A stretch of DNA of 64,000 bases, from contig NZ_JMCB01000021.1 in the NCBI RefSeq assembly GCF_000737315.1, forward strand, positions 10,536-74,535, in the 5' to 3' direction. Positions 49,101 through 58,880 of the stretch are shown piece after piece; the first letter of the stretch is position 1; the number at the start of each line of letters is the position of its first letter. Under the pieces are notes generated by a model. The model did not search any database and was not told the origin of the DNA. It saw only the letters and a program-made list of their open reading frames with translations. Source of the stretch: Hyalangium minutum (lineage in GTDB: Bacteria; Myxococcota; Myxococcia; Myxococcales; Myxococcaceae). Made by a program: the position numbers and the translations under genes.

Positions 49101-50225
49101 TCAGCGAGGCACCACTTCGTTGCAGGTGAGACCCTCGTCCGGAGCGCAGTTCTGCCCGATGAGGCAGCCGCCCACCCCGCGAAGATCCACGCAGCGCACG
49201 GGCCGGCAGTCTCCATCCGTCACGCACGGCTTGCGGCTCAGCGTGCACGAGCCCTGGCTGCAGGTGCCCTGCGCGCAGTCCGTGTCCAGCAGGCACGAGC
49301 AGTAGCCCAGCACATCGCCCTCGGCCACGTCACAGCGGCCCGCGCATGCGCCCACCTGCTCTCCCAAGCCCTTCACACACCCTCCACCGTGAGGGCAGTC
49401 CCCGTCCTCGTGGCAGGGCAGTGATGGATCCGGCGAGCACTCGGCGTCGGTGCGGCAGCGCGAGCGGCTGTAAGCCACCACCACGTCCGCGCATTGATAG
49501 CCATTGGGACAAACCTGCCCCCCGGAGCAATCCACGCCGCAGAAGGAGCCCCCTCCAGGCGCTGTCTCCACGAGGCAATAGTTGGCGCCCCGCCCGCACA
49601 CCTGGATGCCACCGCCATAGTTGCAGCTGGCGCAGTAGGGACGGCGAAGCGGATCCGCGTCGCTGTAGCAACGCGCTCGGGACTCACCAGCCGGAGTGCC
49701 GCAGCGCTCGCCGAAGGCACAGTCGCGCTCGGACGCGCAGAAGGCTGCGTCACAGACACCTACCGCACAGGCGGCGCGCCCCGCTTCATCCACCGCATCA
49801 CAGACACAAGCGGCGTCTCCACAGCGGCACGCCGTGCCTGGACAGTCGCCCGCGCTCCTGCAGCCCTCCTCGCACGCCGCACGCGAGGCGTCACAGACTT
49901 CGCCGGCCTCGCAGTGCAGATCCGTAGTGCAGCGCCCTCGCGCGAGACAGGTGCCGGTCGAGGTGTCACAGAAGAAGGCTGGGTCCGTGCAGTCCGCGTT
50001 CTTCTCGCAGCCCGCGCGCGGCTGGCAGAAGCCCGCAGGGTTGCACAGCTCGCCTGGGGCACACGCCGCGTCCGTGCGGCAGAGACACGCTCTGGAATCC
50101 GCATCGCAGCGATAGGCCTCCGCTGGCGCCCCACAATCCGAGGGCTCTCGGCAGGCCGCGCCGCCCTGGGTATCAGAGCAGGCAGCGAGCAGCAGCAGCA
50201 GGGCGAGAGGGCCGAAGCGGTTCAC
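49101..50225 (-). CDS. Cys-rich repeat lipoprotein (L5)
   Basis: GTG overlapping the L4 stop; LLAAC lipobox; many C-x5-C-x4/5-C repeats. Confidence 0.8.
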   Translation of the reverse strand: MNRFGPLALLLLLAACSDTQGGAACREPSDCGAPAEAYRCDADSRACLCRTDAACAPGELCNPAGFCQPRAGCEKNADCTDPAFFCDTSTGTCLARGRCTTDLHCEAGEVCDASRAACEEGCRSAGDCPGTACRCGDAACVCDAVDEAGRAACAVGVCDAAFCASERDCAFGERCGTPAGESRARCYSDADPLRRPYCASCNYGGGIQVCGRGANYCLVETAPGGGSFCGVDCSGGQVCPNGYQCADVVVAYSRSRCRTDAECSPDPSLPCHEDGDCPHGGGCVKGLGEQVGACAGRCDVAEGDVLGYCSCLLDTDCAQGTCSQGSCTLSRKPCVTDGDCRPVRCVDLRGVGGCLIGQNCAPDEGLTCNEVVPR

Positions 50226-53200
50226 GGGCGGATCTGTTCCTGGCGGGCCAGCGCATACGCGGTCCACGAGATGGGGGACAGCGTGTCATAGGTCCAGCGG
50301 TCATATTGGAAGCGCGGCACGCGGCTGGTGGTCAGCTCCGCACGGAGCACGGCTCCCTGCGGGAGCGTGGCGCGCAGCACTTCCAAGGCCGGGGCAGGCA
50401 TCGTCACCTGGGCCATCCCGCCTGGCATGATCACCGTCCATCGTGGGCCTCCGGTGGTTCCCAGCTCCGCGAGGACGAGCTGCTGTACATCCGGCGTCGC
50501 GCTGCCCTCCGCACGCCATGCCAGCTGACCTTCGAAGCGACCGCCCTGAGCGGGTGTGGTGAAGGTGGGAAGTGGCAACACGGGTCCCAACGTCACCCCT
50601 TGGGACAGAGCACCTGACTGCCGGTGGTAGAGCAGGCTCTGCGGGTATGCGGTGGTGCCTCGAAGCAAGTCGAGGAAGAGAAAGCTCGACCCATCGAGCC
50701 GAGGGAAGAACGGGAACGTGAGCTGCGGCCCGGAGCCTGTCACAGCCGAGGAGAGCCGCGTCCCCGTGCCCCAATTGGACGGGTGCGGGACGAACCCTTC
50801 CGAGCCCAGCTCCAGCCATGCGTAGACCTCATGCAGCGCGGGAACTCCGCCCACGCGCACAGGGCCCTCGGCGGTGAGTGGCGCGGTGACATCCAGGTGC
50901 ATGTCGAGCACCACGTCCCTGCCTTCCGCCACCCGGGTGCTGGAGGCAGCAATGCCTCGGTGGATGCCCAGCAGATATGGCTCGAACTCCGTGTCCCTCA
51001 CCACTCCCAGCACCGCGTAGACGGCTCGCAGCCCTGGCTGGGCGTGGACTCGGAAGGCGCCGCCATCCACGCGCAGCTTCCACGTGTCCTGGGTCCGGTC
51101 TCCCACGCCTCCGAAGGGTGGGCCTCCTGCGGGGCTCGACTGGGCAACGAAGACGCGCGCTTCCAGTTCCTCGTCGGACCCGAGTGGCCGGGGAGGCTTG
51201 AACCCACGCACCCGTCCTGTGATGACCGCCGAGGGAGGAAGCGGCGGATCGCCGGGGTTGGCTTCGCTCCCGATGCGGCGGAGGAAGACCGTCAGGTTCT
51301 CCGCTCGAATGTCAGTGACGGTGACGGCGTCGTAGCCCTCCTTATAGGCCGTCACCATCTGCGCTCCAGCGAGCCGCGTGTCCGAGAACGTCAGCTGTCC
51401 CCGCGCGTCCGTGCTTCCTTGAAAGGGTGTCGCCGAATCCGTGCCGAGCATCACCTTCGCCCCAGACACCGGTGCACCATAGGAGCCAAACGAGGAGTTC
51501 AGCACCGTGACGTTGAGCGTCCCGGTGAATGGCGCACCCGACAGTCCACCAGGGCCACGCGGGTCGAAGAAGGTGAAGCCCTGGGGCAGTGCGGCCCGAG
51601 AGCTTCCTCGCATCACGGCGACTTCCACGGAACCCAGGCTCGCAGGCGGCGTGCGGCAGGTGAGTGTGTGGGCATCCACCCGCTGCACGTCTCGCGCGGG
51701 CTCGCCTCCAAAGGTGACCGTGGTGCCCTCCTCCAGGCCGTCGCCTCGGAGTGTGACGAGGGTGCCCCCCGCGATGGCTCCTTGCGCAGGCTCGACCTGG
51801 CCGAGCAGGAGCGGAGCCTCGTAACGGAAGACCTCGGGCAGCACGGCCTCGTTCTCTGGGTCACTCGCGGCTTGGACATGGAGGTCATTTGCAGGACCAC
51901 TTGCCCCTGGAGGGGTAGTGAAGTGGAGCCGAGACTCACCCTCGACAGAGGTGGACAGAGCCGCCTGCGCGCTGACCGATACCCTGGCATCAGAGGGAAG
52001 TTGAGCCCCTTCGAGGAGCACGTCTGTCCCGCCTGCGAGCGGTCCGATCGAGGGGACCACAGAGGTCAAGGCGAGCTTGAAGGTGTACCCATCTTGGAGG
52101 CTCGCGCTCGCTGTGCCCTGGGCTGCGGTCACCGTCACGATGCGCGGCAGAGTTCCTCGTACGGGGACAGTGACCCCAACGGTGGTGAAGTTCACGGCAC
52201 CGGGGACCCCGGCTACGGGCTGGCCACCGAAGCTCACAGACAGTCCTGGTGCATCCAGCCCCTGCCCCGTCAACGTCACCGTGCCATCCGGCCGCGCGCC
52301 TACGTGCGGAAAGACTCCATAGAGCGCGAAGGGCCCAGCGGCATCGACATAGGTGAAGCCACTGCGAGCTGACCAAGAATCTCTCGGTGTGACGATGCGC
52401 ACCTCTACTGCACCTAACGTCGTGCCAGGAGGCGTGGTGGCTGTGATGCGCGTCGGACTCTCCACGGTAAAGGCGGCGGCGGGAACACCTCCGAAGAGCA
52501 CGTCCGTGGCCCCGCCGAATCCCTGACCCGAGAGCACCACCGAGGTCCCTCCTGCGAGAGGTCCCGTCAGTGGAGCCACATCCGTGATGCGCAGATCCTC
52601 GCTGTAGCGATAGGCCCGGCGCAGGGCGCCTCCTTCACCTCCTCCGAAGATGCGGACCTCCACGCTGTCCGCTGCGCGGCCCCTCGGGACCACGGCGCGC
52701 AGCTCCGTGGAAGAGAGGCGCGTCACCGTGGGACTCGTAAAGACACCGAAGAGCACCCGTGTCTCATCCGTAAAGCCGGAGCCCATCAACGTGACGGTGT
52801 TGCCTCCCGCCAGTGGCCCGCTCTCGGGAGAGACCGTGCGCAAGGTGAGTGGCTCGAACCACGTGAAGCAGCCATCGCAGACCGCAAGCCCTCGGGGATT
52901 CTCCAAGGTGATGCCCGCGGACCCTGCTGGACCGGGAGGTGTGCGCAGCTCGAGCAAGGTGTCGTCGATGATCTGGAAGTCCCGCACCGGAACTCCACCG
53001 ACCTTGAGCACCGTGCGCTTCGCGGCTTCCGTGGTGCTGCTCGCCACTCCGAGCAGGTACCCACTGCCCCTTACCGTGATCCACGTCCCTCCGCCGCTCT
53101 CTCCGCGCGCAGGCAGAGCTCCGAGGATTCGAGGCGGAGGCGGCACTCCCGCATCCGTTCCTCCATCCGTGGGCCCCGCGTCCGGCCGACCTGCATCCGC

Positions 53201-53317
53201 AGGCCCAGGAGTCCCTGCGTCGTCGGAAACTCCGCCATCCACACTCGGCCGGCGCTCTCCACCGCAGGCGGCGAGCAGGCACAAGAGCACGACGCTCAGG
53301 CGTGCACGTCCGCTCAT
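50222..53317 (-). CDS. IPT/TIG repeat lipoprotein (L4), six IPT domains plus C-terminal beta domains
   Basis: ATG overlapping the L3 stop; LLAAC lipobox; PDAG linker; six P..G...GG..VTL.G.G repeats. Confidence 0.85.
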   Translation of the reverse strand: MSGRARLSVVLLCLLAACGGERRPSVDGGVSDDAGTPGPADAGRPDAGPTDGGTDAGVPPPPRILGALPARGESGGGTWITVRGSGYLLGVASSTTEAAKRTVLKVGGVPVRDFQIIDDTLLELRTPPGPAGSAGITLENPRGLAVCDGCFTWFEPLTLRTVSPESGPLAGGNTVTLMGSGFTDETRVLFGVFTSPTVTRLSSTELRAVVPRGRAADSVEVRIFGGGEGGALRRAYRYSEDLRITDVAPLTGPLAGGTSVVLSGQGFGGATDVLFGGVPAAAFTVESPTRITATTPPGTTLGAVEVRIVTPRDSWSARSGFTYVDAAGPFALYGVFPHVGARPDGTVTLTGQGLDAPGLSVSFGGQPVAGVPGAVNFTTVGVTVPVRGTLPRIVTVTAAQGTASASLQDGYTFKLALTSVVPSIGPLAGGTDVLLEGAQLPSDARVSVSAQAALSTSVEGESRLHFTTPPGASGPANDLHVQAASDPENEAVLPEVFRYEAPLLLGQVEPAQGAIAGGTLVTLRGDGLEEGTTVTFGGEPARDVQRVDAHTLTCRTPPASLGSVEVAVMRGSSRAALPQGFTFFDPRGPGGLSGAPFTGTLNVTVLNSSFGSYGAPVSGAKVMLGTDSATPFQGSTDARGQLTFSDTRLAGAQMVTAYKEGYDAVTVTDIRAENLTVFLRRIGSEANPGDPPLPPSAVITGRVRGFKPPRPLGSDEELEARVFVAQSSPAGGPPFGGVGDRTQDTWKLRVDGGAFRVHAQPGLRAVYAVLGVVRDTEFEPYLLGIHRGIAASSTRVAEGRDVVLDMHLDVTAPLTAEGPVRVGGVPALHEVYAWLELGSEGFVPHPSNWGTGTRLSSAVTGSGPQLTFPFFPRLDGSSFLFLDLLRGTTAYPQSLLYHRQSGALSQGVTLGPVLPLPTFTTPAQGGRFEGQLAWRAEGSATPDVQQLVLAELGTTGGPRWTVIMPGGMAQVTMPAPALEVLRATLPQGAVLRAELTTSRVPRFQYDRWTYDTLSPISWTAYALARQEQIRP

Positions 53318-54792
53318 GGGAACTCCACCTGGAAGGTGTAGCCGTTCGTCGCGCGGGCATCGTCTCCCGAGACTCGGGCGGTGAGGGTCTTGCCTCCCAC
53401 GGCCCCCGCCGGAAGTGCGACGACTGCACCCGATGGGTCCTCCGAGCAGCCCAGCTCCGTGGAGCCCTCGAACAGGCACAGACGCAACAGCCCACTTGCA
53501 GCCGAGTAGTTCGACAAAGTGGCCCTCACCCCGCGCCCCGCAGGCACCGACAGCGTGAAGTGGTCCATGTCCTGGGGACAGATGACACCCTCCACCACTG
53601 TCCCCGAAGCGTAAGGCTTCGCCGTCGAGGGAGTATCGTTGGGCTCTTGCCCGTCATCGTCACAGGGCGTGCCGCGCGAGAGGAAGAAGCCGACATCGTA
53701 GTGCTGCGCGGGAGCCAGCGTGGAAACCCGGACCACGTATGTGCCCGGAAGCGCCGCGACGAAAGAGGCAAGCATGCGCCCCGAGGACAGCACCCGTCCC
53801 CCTGCGTCCAAGATGACCGTGGAGAAGGAGGACTCCGCGAGGGGATCTCCCTCGACGTTCACTCCCAGCTGATCTCCTCTCTCCAGTGCCATCGCGAAGT
53901 GGTCCACATCCCCCGCGCACAGGGTCAGCTCGAGGTACTGGCTCGCGCTCACCGGGAAGGCCACCGAAGGTGAGTCATTCGGCTCCAGCGCATCCGCCTG
54001 GCAGGCCCGGGGCACACAGGTCCCCGTGCCGATGTCACAGCGCTGGCTCGCGGAACAAGTCTCATCGGAGGTGCAGGGCGGAGGACGCTCCAGGCAAGCT
54101 CCCGTCGGCACATGACAGGACAGCGGGACCCGGCAGTCCCGATCCGAGTAGCAACGAGGCGTCACCGCGCAGCGGCCCGCGGCATCACACAGGAACCCGG
54201 GCCCACACTCCGCGCTCTCGACGCACTGGACACAGCGGCTCCCGGCACAGCGTTCGCCCGGGGCGCAGACGAGCGAGCCGTTCGCTTCTGTGCAGCGAGG
54301 GACACAGGCATGCAGCCCCGTGTTGCAGATCTCGCTGGCGCCGCAGTCCGCGTCCTCGAGACAGCCGAGGTCCTCTTCGCACACGAGATTCCCAAGGTTG
54401 CACCGCTGTCCCGTGGGGCACTCGTCTTTCGTCCCCGAGGGACAAAGGCTGACGGCGATCCGTGGCAGGCACTGGCCCTGATGACACCAGGCGCCCAGAG
54501 CGCACTCCTCGTTGCGCGCGCAGTCCCCGCCCCAGCCCTCGCGCCAGGAGCAGACGCGAGCCTCCGCGTCACATCGCTCCGTCAGCCGACACTGGCCGTT
54601 CGACTCGCACGAGCCGCAGACCCCTTCTTGCGCGCAGACTTGCCCTCCCGGGCAGTCCTCTCGCCGCTCGCAGGCCTGAGGATGAACTCCGGCATCGGGC
54701 CGTGGCGAGGGCTTTGACTCCGAGCAGGCTCCCCAGGCGAGCACGATCAGTCCGAGAGAGAGCGCTCGCACGGCAACAGAGGCCAGGGTCAC
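53314..54792 (-). CDS. Cys-rich repeat plus 2x PPC-like domain lipoprotein (L3)
   Basis: GTG overlapping the L2 stop; AWGAC lipobox-like; Cys repeats; EPND motifs preceding CxxDxDxF beta domains. Confidence 0.8.
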   Translation of the reverse strand: MTLASVAVRALSLGLIVLAWGACSESKPSPRPDAGVHPQACERREDCPGGQVCAQEGVCGSCESNGQCRLTERCDAEARVCSWREGWGGDCARNEECALGAWCHQGQCLPRIAVSLCPSGTKDECPTGQRCNLGNLVCEEDLGCLEDADCGASEICNTGLHACVPRCTEANGSLVCAPGERCAGSRCVQCVESAECGPGFLCDAAGRCAVTPRCYSDRDCRVPLSCHVPTGACLERPPPCTSDETCSASQRCDIGTGTCVPRACQADALEPNDSPSVAFPVSASQYLELTLCAGDVDHFAMALERGDQLGVNVEGDPLAESSFSTVILDAGGRVLSSGRMLASFVAALPGTYVVRVSTLAPAQHYDVGFFLSRGTPCDDDGQEPNDTPSTAKPYASGTVVEGVICPQDMDHFTLSVPAGRGVRATLSNYSAASGLLRLCLFEGSTELGCSEDPSGAVVALPAGAVGGKTLTARVSGDDARATNGYTFQVEFP

Positions 54793-56219
54793 GGCACCTC
54801 CGTGATGACGCCTGCGGGCCAGCTCACGTCTGCCACGCTCCACGCATCCCCTTGATGCGAGAGCATTCGCCGGAACTCCCCCTTCAACACTCCGCGCTCG
54901 TACACGCGCACGGTCGCCGTGCTTCGAGGATCCACAGCCCCGTTCTCCCGGGCGAAGACCACCGCCAGCCGGTAGCTCCCAGGGGCCGGCTCTCCGTAGC
55001 CGAACACCTCCGGCCCATATCCCGTGAGCGCATCCCGCAGCAGCTCCGGATCATCCTGAGCCACTCCCAGCGTGCCCCAGTCGGGACGAGGGTTCGCATA
55101 GTGGCAGTCGTCCGGGATGCTCCCGAGCGCCGCTCCCGCGTCCCTCAGCACGTGGAGATCCAGATCCGTCACCGCGTTGTCCCAGAACATCTCCACCAGG
55201 AGCTGTTGAGCGGGCGCCGCCACCACCTTCGCCCGGGCGGGTGCCACACTCCGAGCCCCTGCCGCATCCGTTACATGCAGCTCCACCTCATATTCACCCG
55301 GTACCGCCGCATCCAACCGCAGCACCGTGCGCGCGGCCGCCGGCTCCGCGATGAACGCCTGTGCCCCCACGGGCCGCGAGCGCAACACCCATTGGTACGT
55401 CAGCGGCGTGTCCCCATCCGGATCCATCGAGCCCGTCCCATCGAGCACCACCTGCTGTCCCGGCTCGCTCGTGTCCAGCGGCACCACCACGGGCACGGGC
55501 GCCCGGTTCACCGAGCCTCGCAGCTCCACCGTGGCCTCACGCCGCCCCGGTGCCGTGGTTCGCAGCAGCACCGCACCGCCCAAGGCTCCCGAAGCTCCCA
55601 CAGGCGCCGCGCAGCGCACGGTGAGTTGCACGTCGCTTCCCTGCTCTATCACCGCAGGTGTCCGCACCGAGCCCACGAGACTGAAGGCTTCACTCGTGCC
55701 CAGGGCAAGGCGGAGATCCTCCAGCACCAGATCCGCCGTGCCTCTTGCGCCGAGCGAGAACGCGCGGGCCACAGCCTGTCCCTCGGGGACGCGGCCAAAG
55801 TCGAGCACGGCTGGCTCCAGCTCCAATGCCGCCGCTGTCCGCCCCTCCCCTGTGAGCGCAACCTCCACCACCCCGCGCTCCATGTCGTCCGTTTCCACCA
55901 CCAACGTGGCCCGGTACACCGCCTCTGTGGGTGGCACGAACGCCACCCGGACCCCCTCCTCGCTCCCCGCACTCACGCTCTCCGGCACCGAGAGCACTCG
56001 GAACGGCGCGTCCGCCTCCTGAATGCGGACGCCGTACACTCGCAGCCCCGCGCGTCCCGCGTTGACGAGGGGCACCTCTCCCGTTGCCTCTCGGAGCACG
56101 GGCACCGTGCCCAGCTCCAGTGTTGCCGGAGGAGCCACCAGCCGGGGCCGCACCTGCTGCGCCACATCGCCGCCACATGCGGCACACAGCAGCGCAAGTC
56201 CAAGCGCCCCCCCCCTCAC
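54789..56219 (-). CDS. Lipoprotein with 2x choice-of-anchor D Ig domains, PKD-like and YfaP-like domains (L2)
   Basis: GTG overlapping the L1 stop; LCAAC lipobox; LELGTVP/LDFGRVP, LDGTGSMDPDG, WDNAVTDLDLHV, GYGPE. Confidence 0.8.
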   Translation of the reverse strand: MRGGALGLALLCAACGGDVAQQVRPRLVAPPATLELGTVPVLREATGEVPLVNAGRAGLRVYGVRIQEADAPFRVLSVPESVSAGSEEGVRVAFVPPTEAVYRATLVVETDDMERGVVEVALTGEGRTAAALELEPAVLDFGRVPEGQAVARAFSLGARGTADLVLEDLRLALGTSEAFSLVGSVRTPAVIEQGSDVQLTVRCAAPVGASGALGGAVLLRTTAPGRREATVELRGSVNRAPVPVVVPLDTSEPGQQVVLDGTGSMDPDGDTPLTYQWVLRSRPVGAQAFIAEPAAARTVLRLDAAVPGEYEVELHVTDAAGARSVAPARAKVVAAPAQQLLVEMFWDNAVTDLDLHVLRDAGAALGSIPDDCHYANPRPDWGTLGVAQDDPELLRDALTGYGPEVFGYGEPAPGSYRLAVVFARENGAVDPRSTATVRVYERGVLKGEFRRMLSHQGDAWSVADVSWPAGVITEVP

Positions 56220-57322
56220 CGCGTGCCCTCCTCGAAGTACCTCACCTCCACGCGTGCGCCGAGGCCGGGCACGGAGCGGCCCGCGAAGAAGACTGCTCCC
56301 CGCTCCGCCTCGTAGCGCCACCCGTCCTGGCCCTCGCGCCGAGGTGTGCATACCGTCCCCAAGGCCTCTGCAGGCTGGCCCTCACAGGCTGTGCGATCCA
56401 CGGCCTCGCAGTCCGCCACCGCTTCCGCCGAGACTCCGCACGGGTAGCGAACGTGGACCTCGATCGTCTCCGGATCCGGGGTGTGCGACAGCACGAACGT
56501 CCGTCGCAGCCCCACCGCACTCGTCGCCAGCGCTCGCAGCGTGTCCGCAAACTCGGCGTCGCAGATGCTCCCCACTTCTCCGCCTGTCAGTCTCGCCAGC
56601 TCCTGATAGCGGCTGCCCGGCGTCGCTCCGCAGGCATTCGTGGGCACATCCCCCATGATGGCGGAGGCCACCACCGTGCCGTCATTGCCGACGCCCTGAG
56701 CTTGCTCGAACGCCCGCCAGTACGCGCGCAGCTCATAGGGCGAGCGGTCCTCCTCATCCGTGACGAAGACGAGGTACAGGAACGCTCCCGGGCGCAGGAA
56801 CGGCACGGGGTAGCGCACGGCACAGTCCTCGTGGCAGGCCTCGGTGTCACACCCGGCCTCGCATGTGGCGAGCGCCGCCTTCCACGGTGCTCCCTCCTCC
56901 GCCTGCCGCTCCAGCACCAGCCGCGCGGCCTCCAGTCCCGCCTCGTACGCGCTGCCCGAAGTGCCCACCCGCACATTCCGGGCGAAGGCGCTCTCCAGAT
57001 CCGGCGTGTCCGGCGCCAGCAGCGCGGGCGTGCCCACCAGCTCACCGGGCCGCGCGAAGATGTCCGTCGTCGTGACGGCGAGCCGGAAGTCGATGCTCCC
57101 CTGCCGGAACAGGCGAATGAACGCCTGGAAGTTGCGCGCGAGGTTCTCCTGCCTCGGCGCCATCGAGCCCGAGTTGTCCACCACCCACAGCACGTCCACC
57201 TTCGAGGCGGACCGCTGCGCATAGGTGTCCACGCGCAACCCCGGTGGGAGCGCGGACACCAGACGGTCATCCCGGCATCCGGTGACAAGAAGCGCCAGGA
57301 GGGCGACAGCGGCTCGACGCAT
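56216..57322 (-). CDS. von Willebrand factor A lipoprotein with Cys-rich inserts (L1)
   Basis: LVTGC lipobox; MIDAS DNSGS, VTTTD, FVTDEED. Confidence 0.88.
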   Translation of the reverse strand: MRRAAVALLALLVTGCRDDRLVSALPPGLRVDTYAQRSASKVDVLWVVDNSGSMAPRQENLARNFQAFIRLFRQGSIDFRLAVTTTDIFARPGELVGTPALLAPDTPDLESAFARNVRVGTSGSAYEAGLEAARLVLERQAEEGAPWKAALATCEAGCDTEACHEDCAVRYPVPFLRPGAFLYLVFVTDEEDRSPYELRAYWRAFEQAQGVGNDGTVVASAIMGDVPTNACGATPGSRYQELARLTGGEVGSICDAEFADTLRALATSAVGLRRTFVLSHTPDPETIEVHVRYPCGVSAEAVADCEAVDRTACEGQPAEALGTVCTPRREGQDGWRYEAERGAVFFAGRSVPGLGARVEVRYFEEGTR

Positions 57323-57403
57323 GGACACGCGGCACGTTAGCCAATCCCCCGCGCTTGCGCCCGGCAGGAGACGCCCGGCCGCCCTCCCCTCAGCCACAGG
57401 CCT

Positions 57404-58084
57404 TCACCCCAACTCCTCCTTCCGCTCCAGGCGCTTGGCTTGGAGCCAGGCCGCGAGGCGCTCAGCCTCGGGGACATCCTTGAGCGTCAGCAGCTTCAAG
57501 GAACGCTCTTCCTCCTTCTGCTCGCTCCTCACGTGCACCGTGCTCACGCCGCGCCGACGCTGGGAGGCTGTGATCTCGACCTCCACCTGGGAGATCTCCG
57601 AGTACCGCACGAAGCTCGGCTCTCCTTCTCCGCTCGCCTCGAACCCGTCTTCCTTCAGGTCCCACCCATCCCTCGAGCGGGAGATATCCGCGAAGCGCGC
57701 CACGCCCCACGCCACGAACACCCCGAGGAAGATCAGCGCCCACACGCCAAGCTGCTCCCTTCCGAACAGCGCCAGAACTCCCAACGGCGTCAGGAACGGC
57801 AGGGCCTCCCGCAACCGGCGCCGCATCGACACATGCGGCAGGATCCGCAGAGGCGGGGCCAACACCTCGGGGAGCCGAGGCAATCTCTGCGGCCGTCCCT
57901 CCCTCAGCCTCTCCAGCTCACCGCGCAGCCGGTCCCGCTCGGCCGTCAGCCGCTGAATCTTCTCCCGAAGCCCGGCGTTCTCCCCCGGCAGCGGCCCCAG
58001 CGCGCGCCGCTCGGCATTCAGCGTGTCCTCGATCTGCTCGATGGCCTGGGAGACCTCGGGGTCGATAAAGCGCTCACCCGACAT
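57404..58084 (-). CDS. Coiled coil plus 2 TM plus PH-like domain protein
   Basis: Heptad N-terminus, two hydrophobic helices, VRYSEISQVEV...GVSTVHV; 11-nt overlap with the upstream paralog. Confidence 0.7.
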   Translation of the reverse strand: MSGERFIDPEVSQAIEQIEDTLNAERRALGPLPGENAGLREKIQRLTAERDRLRGELERLREGRPQRLPRLPEVLAPPLRILPHVSMRRRLREALPFLTPLGVLALFGREQLGVWALIFLGVFVAWGVARFADISRSRDGWDLKEDGFEASGEGEPSFVRYSEISQVEVEITASQRRRGVSTVHVRSEQKEEERSLKLLTLKDVPEAERLAAWLQAKRLERKEELG

Positions 58085-58817
58085 GCGCAGCCTCCTTCGG
58101 AAGGCGGGCCCGCTCCCGGAGCCACTCGGCGAGCCGCCGCGGATCATCGAGCATGTCGATGTCCACGGTACGGTTCGGATAGTTCACGGCCTTCCCAATG
58201 GACGTCGGCACGCCAGGCTTCCAGATGATGCGCACAGAGCCGAACCCAAACAGTCTCTGCAGCCACCCCTGGCGGACCTCCACACTCTGGATCTCCGAGT
58301 AGAGGATCTTGCCCTTCAGCGCCTCCGTCCCCTCCAGCGAGAGCCCCTCCTCGTCAAAGCCCCAGGCGGACTGCACGTCGTCATCATCTTCCGGCCCCTG
58401 GAGGACGTAGAGGAGCGCCAGGCACAGCAGCAGCAAGCCGCCGTACGTGGCGAGGCGATGCAGCGAGCCGATCACCGAGCTGCCGAAGTAGAGGAAGATC
58501 GCCACGCTCGAGGGCAGCATCTTCAGGGCGTAGCGCAGCCGCCCGTAGGCGGTCCGCCGCGAGGGCGTGGCGCGGAAGGGCAACACCAGCTGATCCGGCA
58601 GGGAAGAGGCAGGGCGCTCGGCCTCGGCCTGGGCCACCTCGGCCATCCGGCTCAGCCAGCGGACCTCCTGCTCCAGCCGATCCACCTGCTCGGCCAGCTC
58701 GGCGTTCTCCCGGGGCAGGGTCTCCCGCTGGCAACGGGTCTCGCGCAGTTCCTCCTGGAGCCGCTCCAGCTCGTCGCGCTGCGAGCGGCCTGAGTCAACC
58801 TGGGTCCGGGTGCTCAC
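58074..58817 (-). CDS. Coiled coil plus 2 TM plus bacterial PH (bPH_2-like) domain protein
   Basis: ILYSEIQSVEVRQGWLQRLFGFGSVRI motif. Confidence 0.75.
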   Translation of the reverse strand: MSTRTQVDSGRSQRDELERLQEELRETRCQRETLPRENAELAEQVDRLEQEVRWLSRMAEVAQAEAERPASSLPDQLVLPFRATPSRRTAYGRLRYALKMLPSSVAIFLYFGSSVIGSLHRLATYGGLLLLCLALLYVLQGPEDDDDVQSAWGFDEEGLSLEGTEALKGKILYSEIQSVEVRQGWLQRLFGFGSVRIIWKPGVPTSIGKAVNYPNRTVDIDMLDDPRRLAEWLRERARLPKEAAHVG

Positions 58818-58880
58818 GCACCGCAGCGTAACAAAGCGCCCGCGCGAGACTCCATGGCCCGTGAGGAGCCCGGAAGAGGC

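Noticed and set aside
49101-57322. Assigning the vWA lipoprotein as cglB
   Set aside because: Only the general architecture is shared and I cannot establish orthology by eye, so no gene symbol is given.
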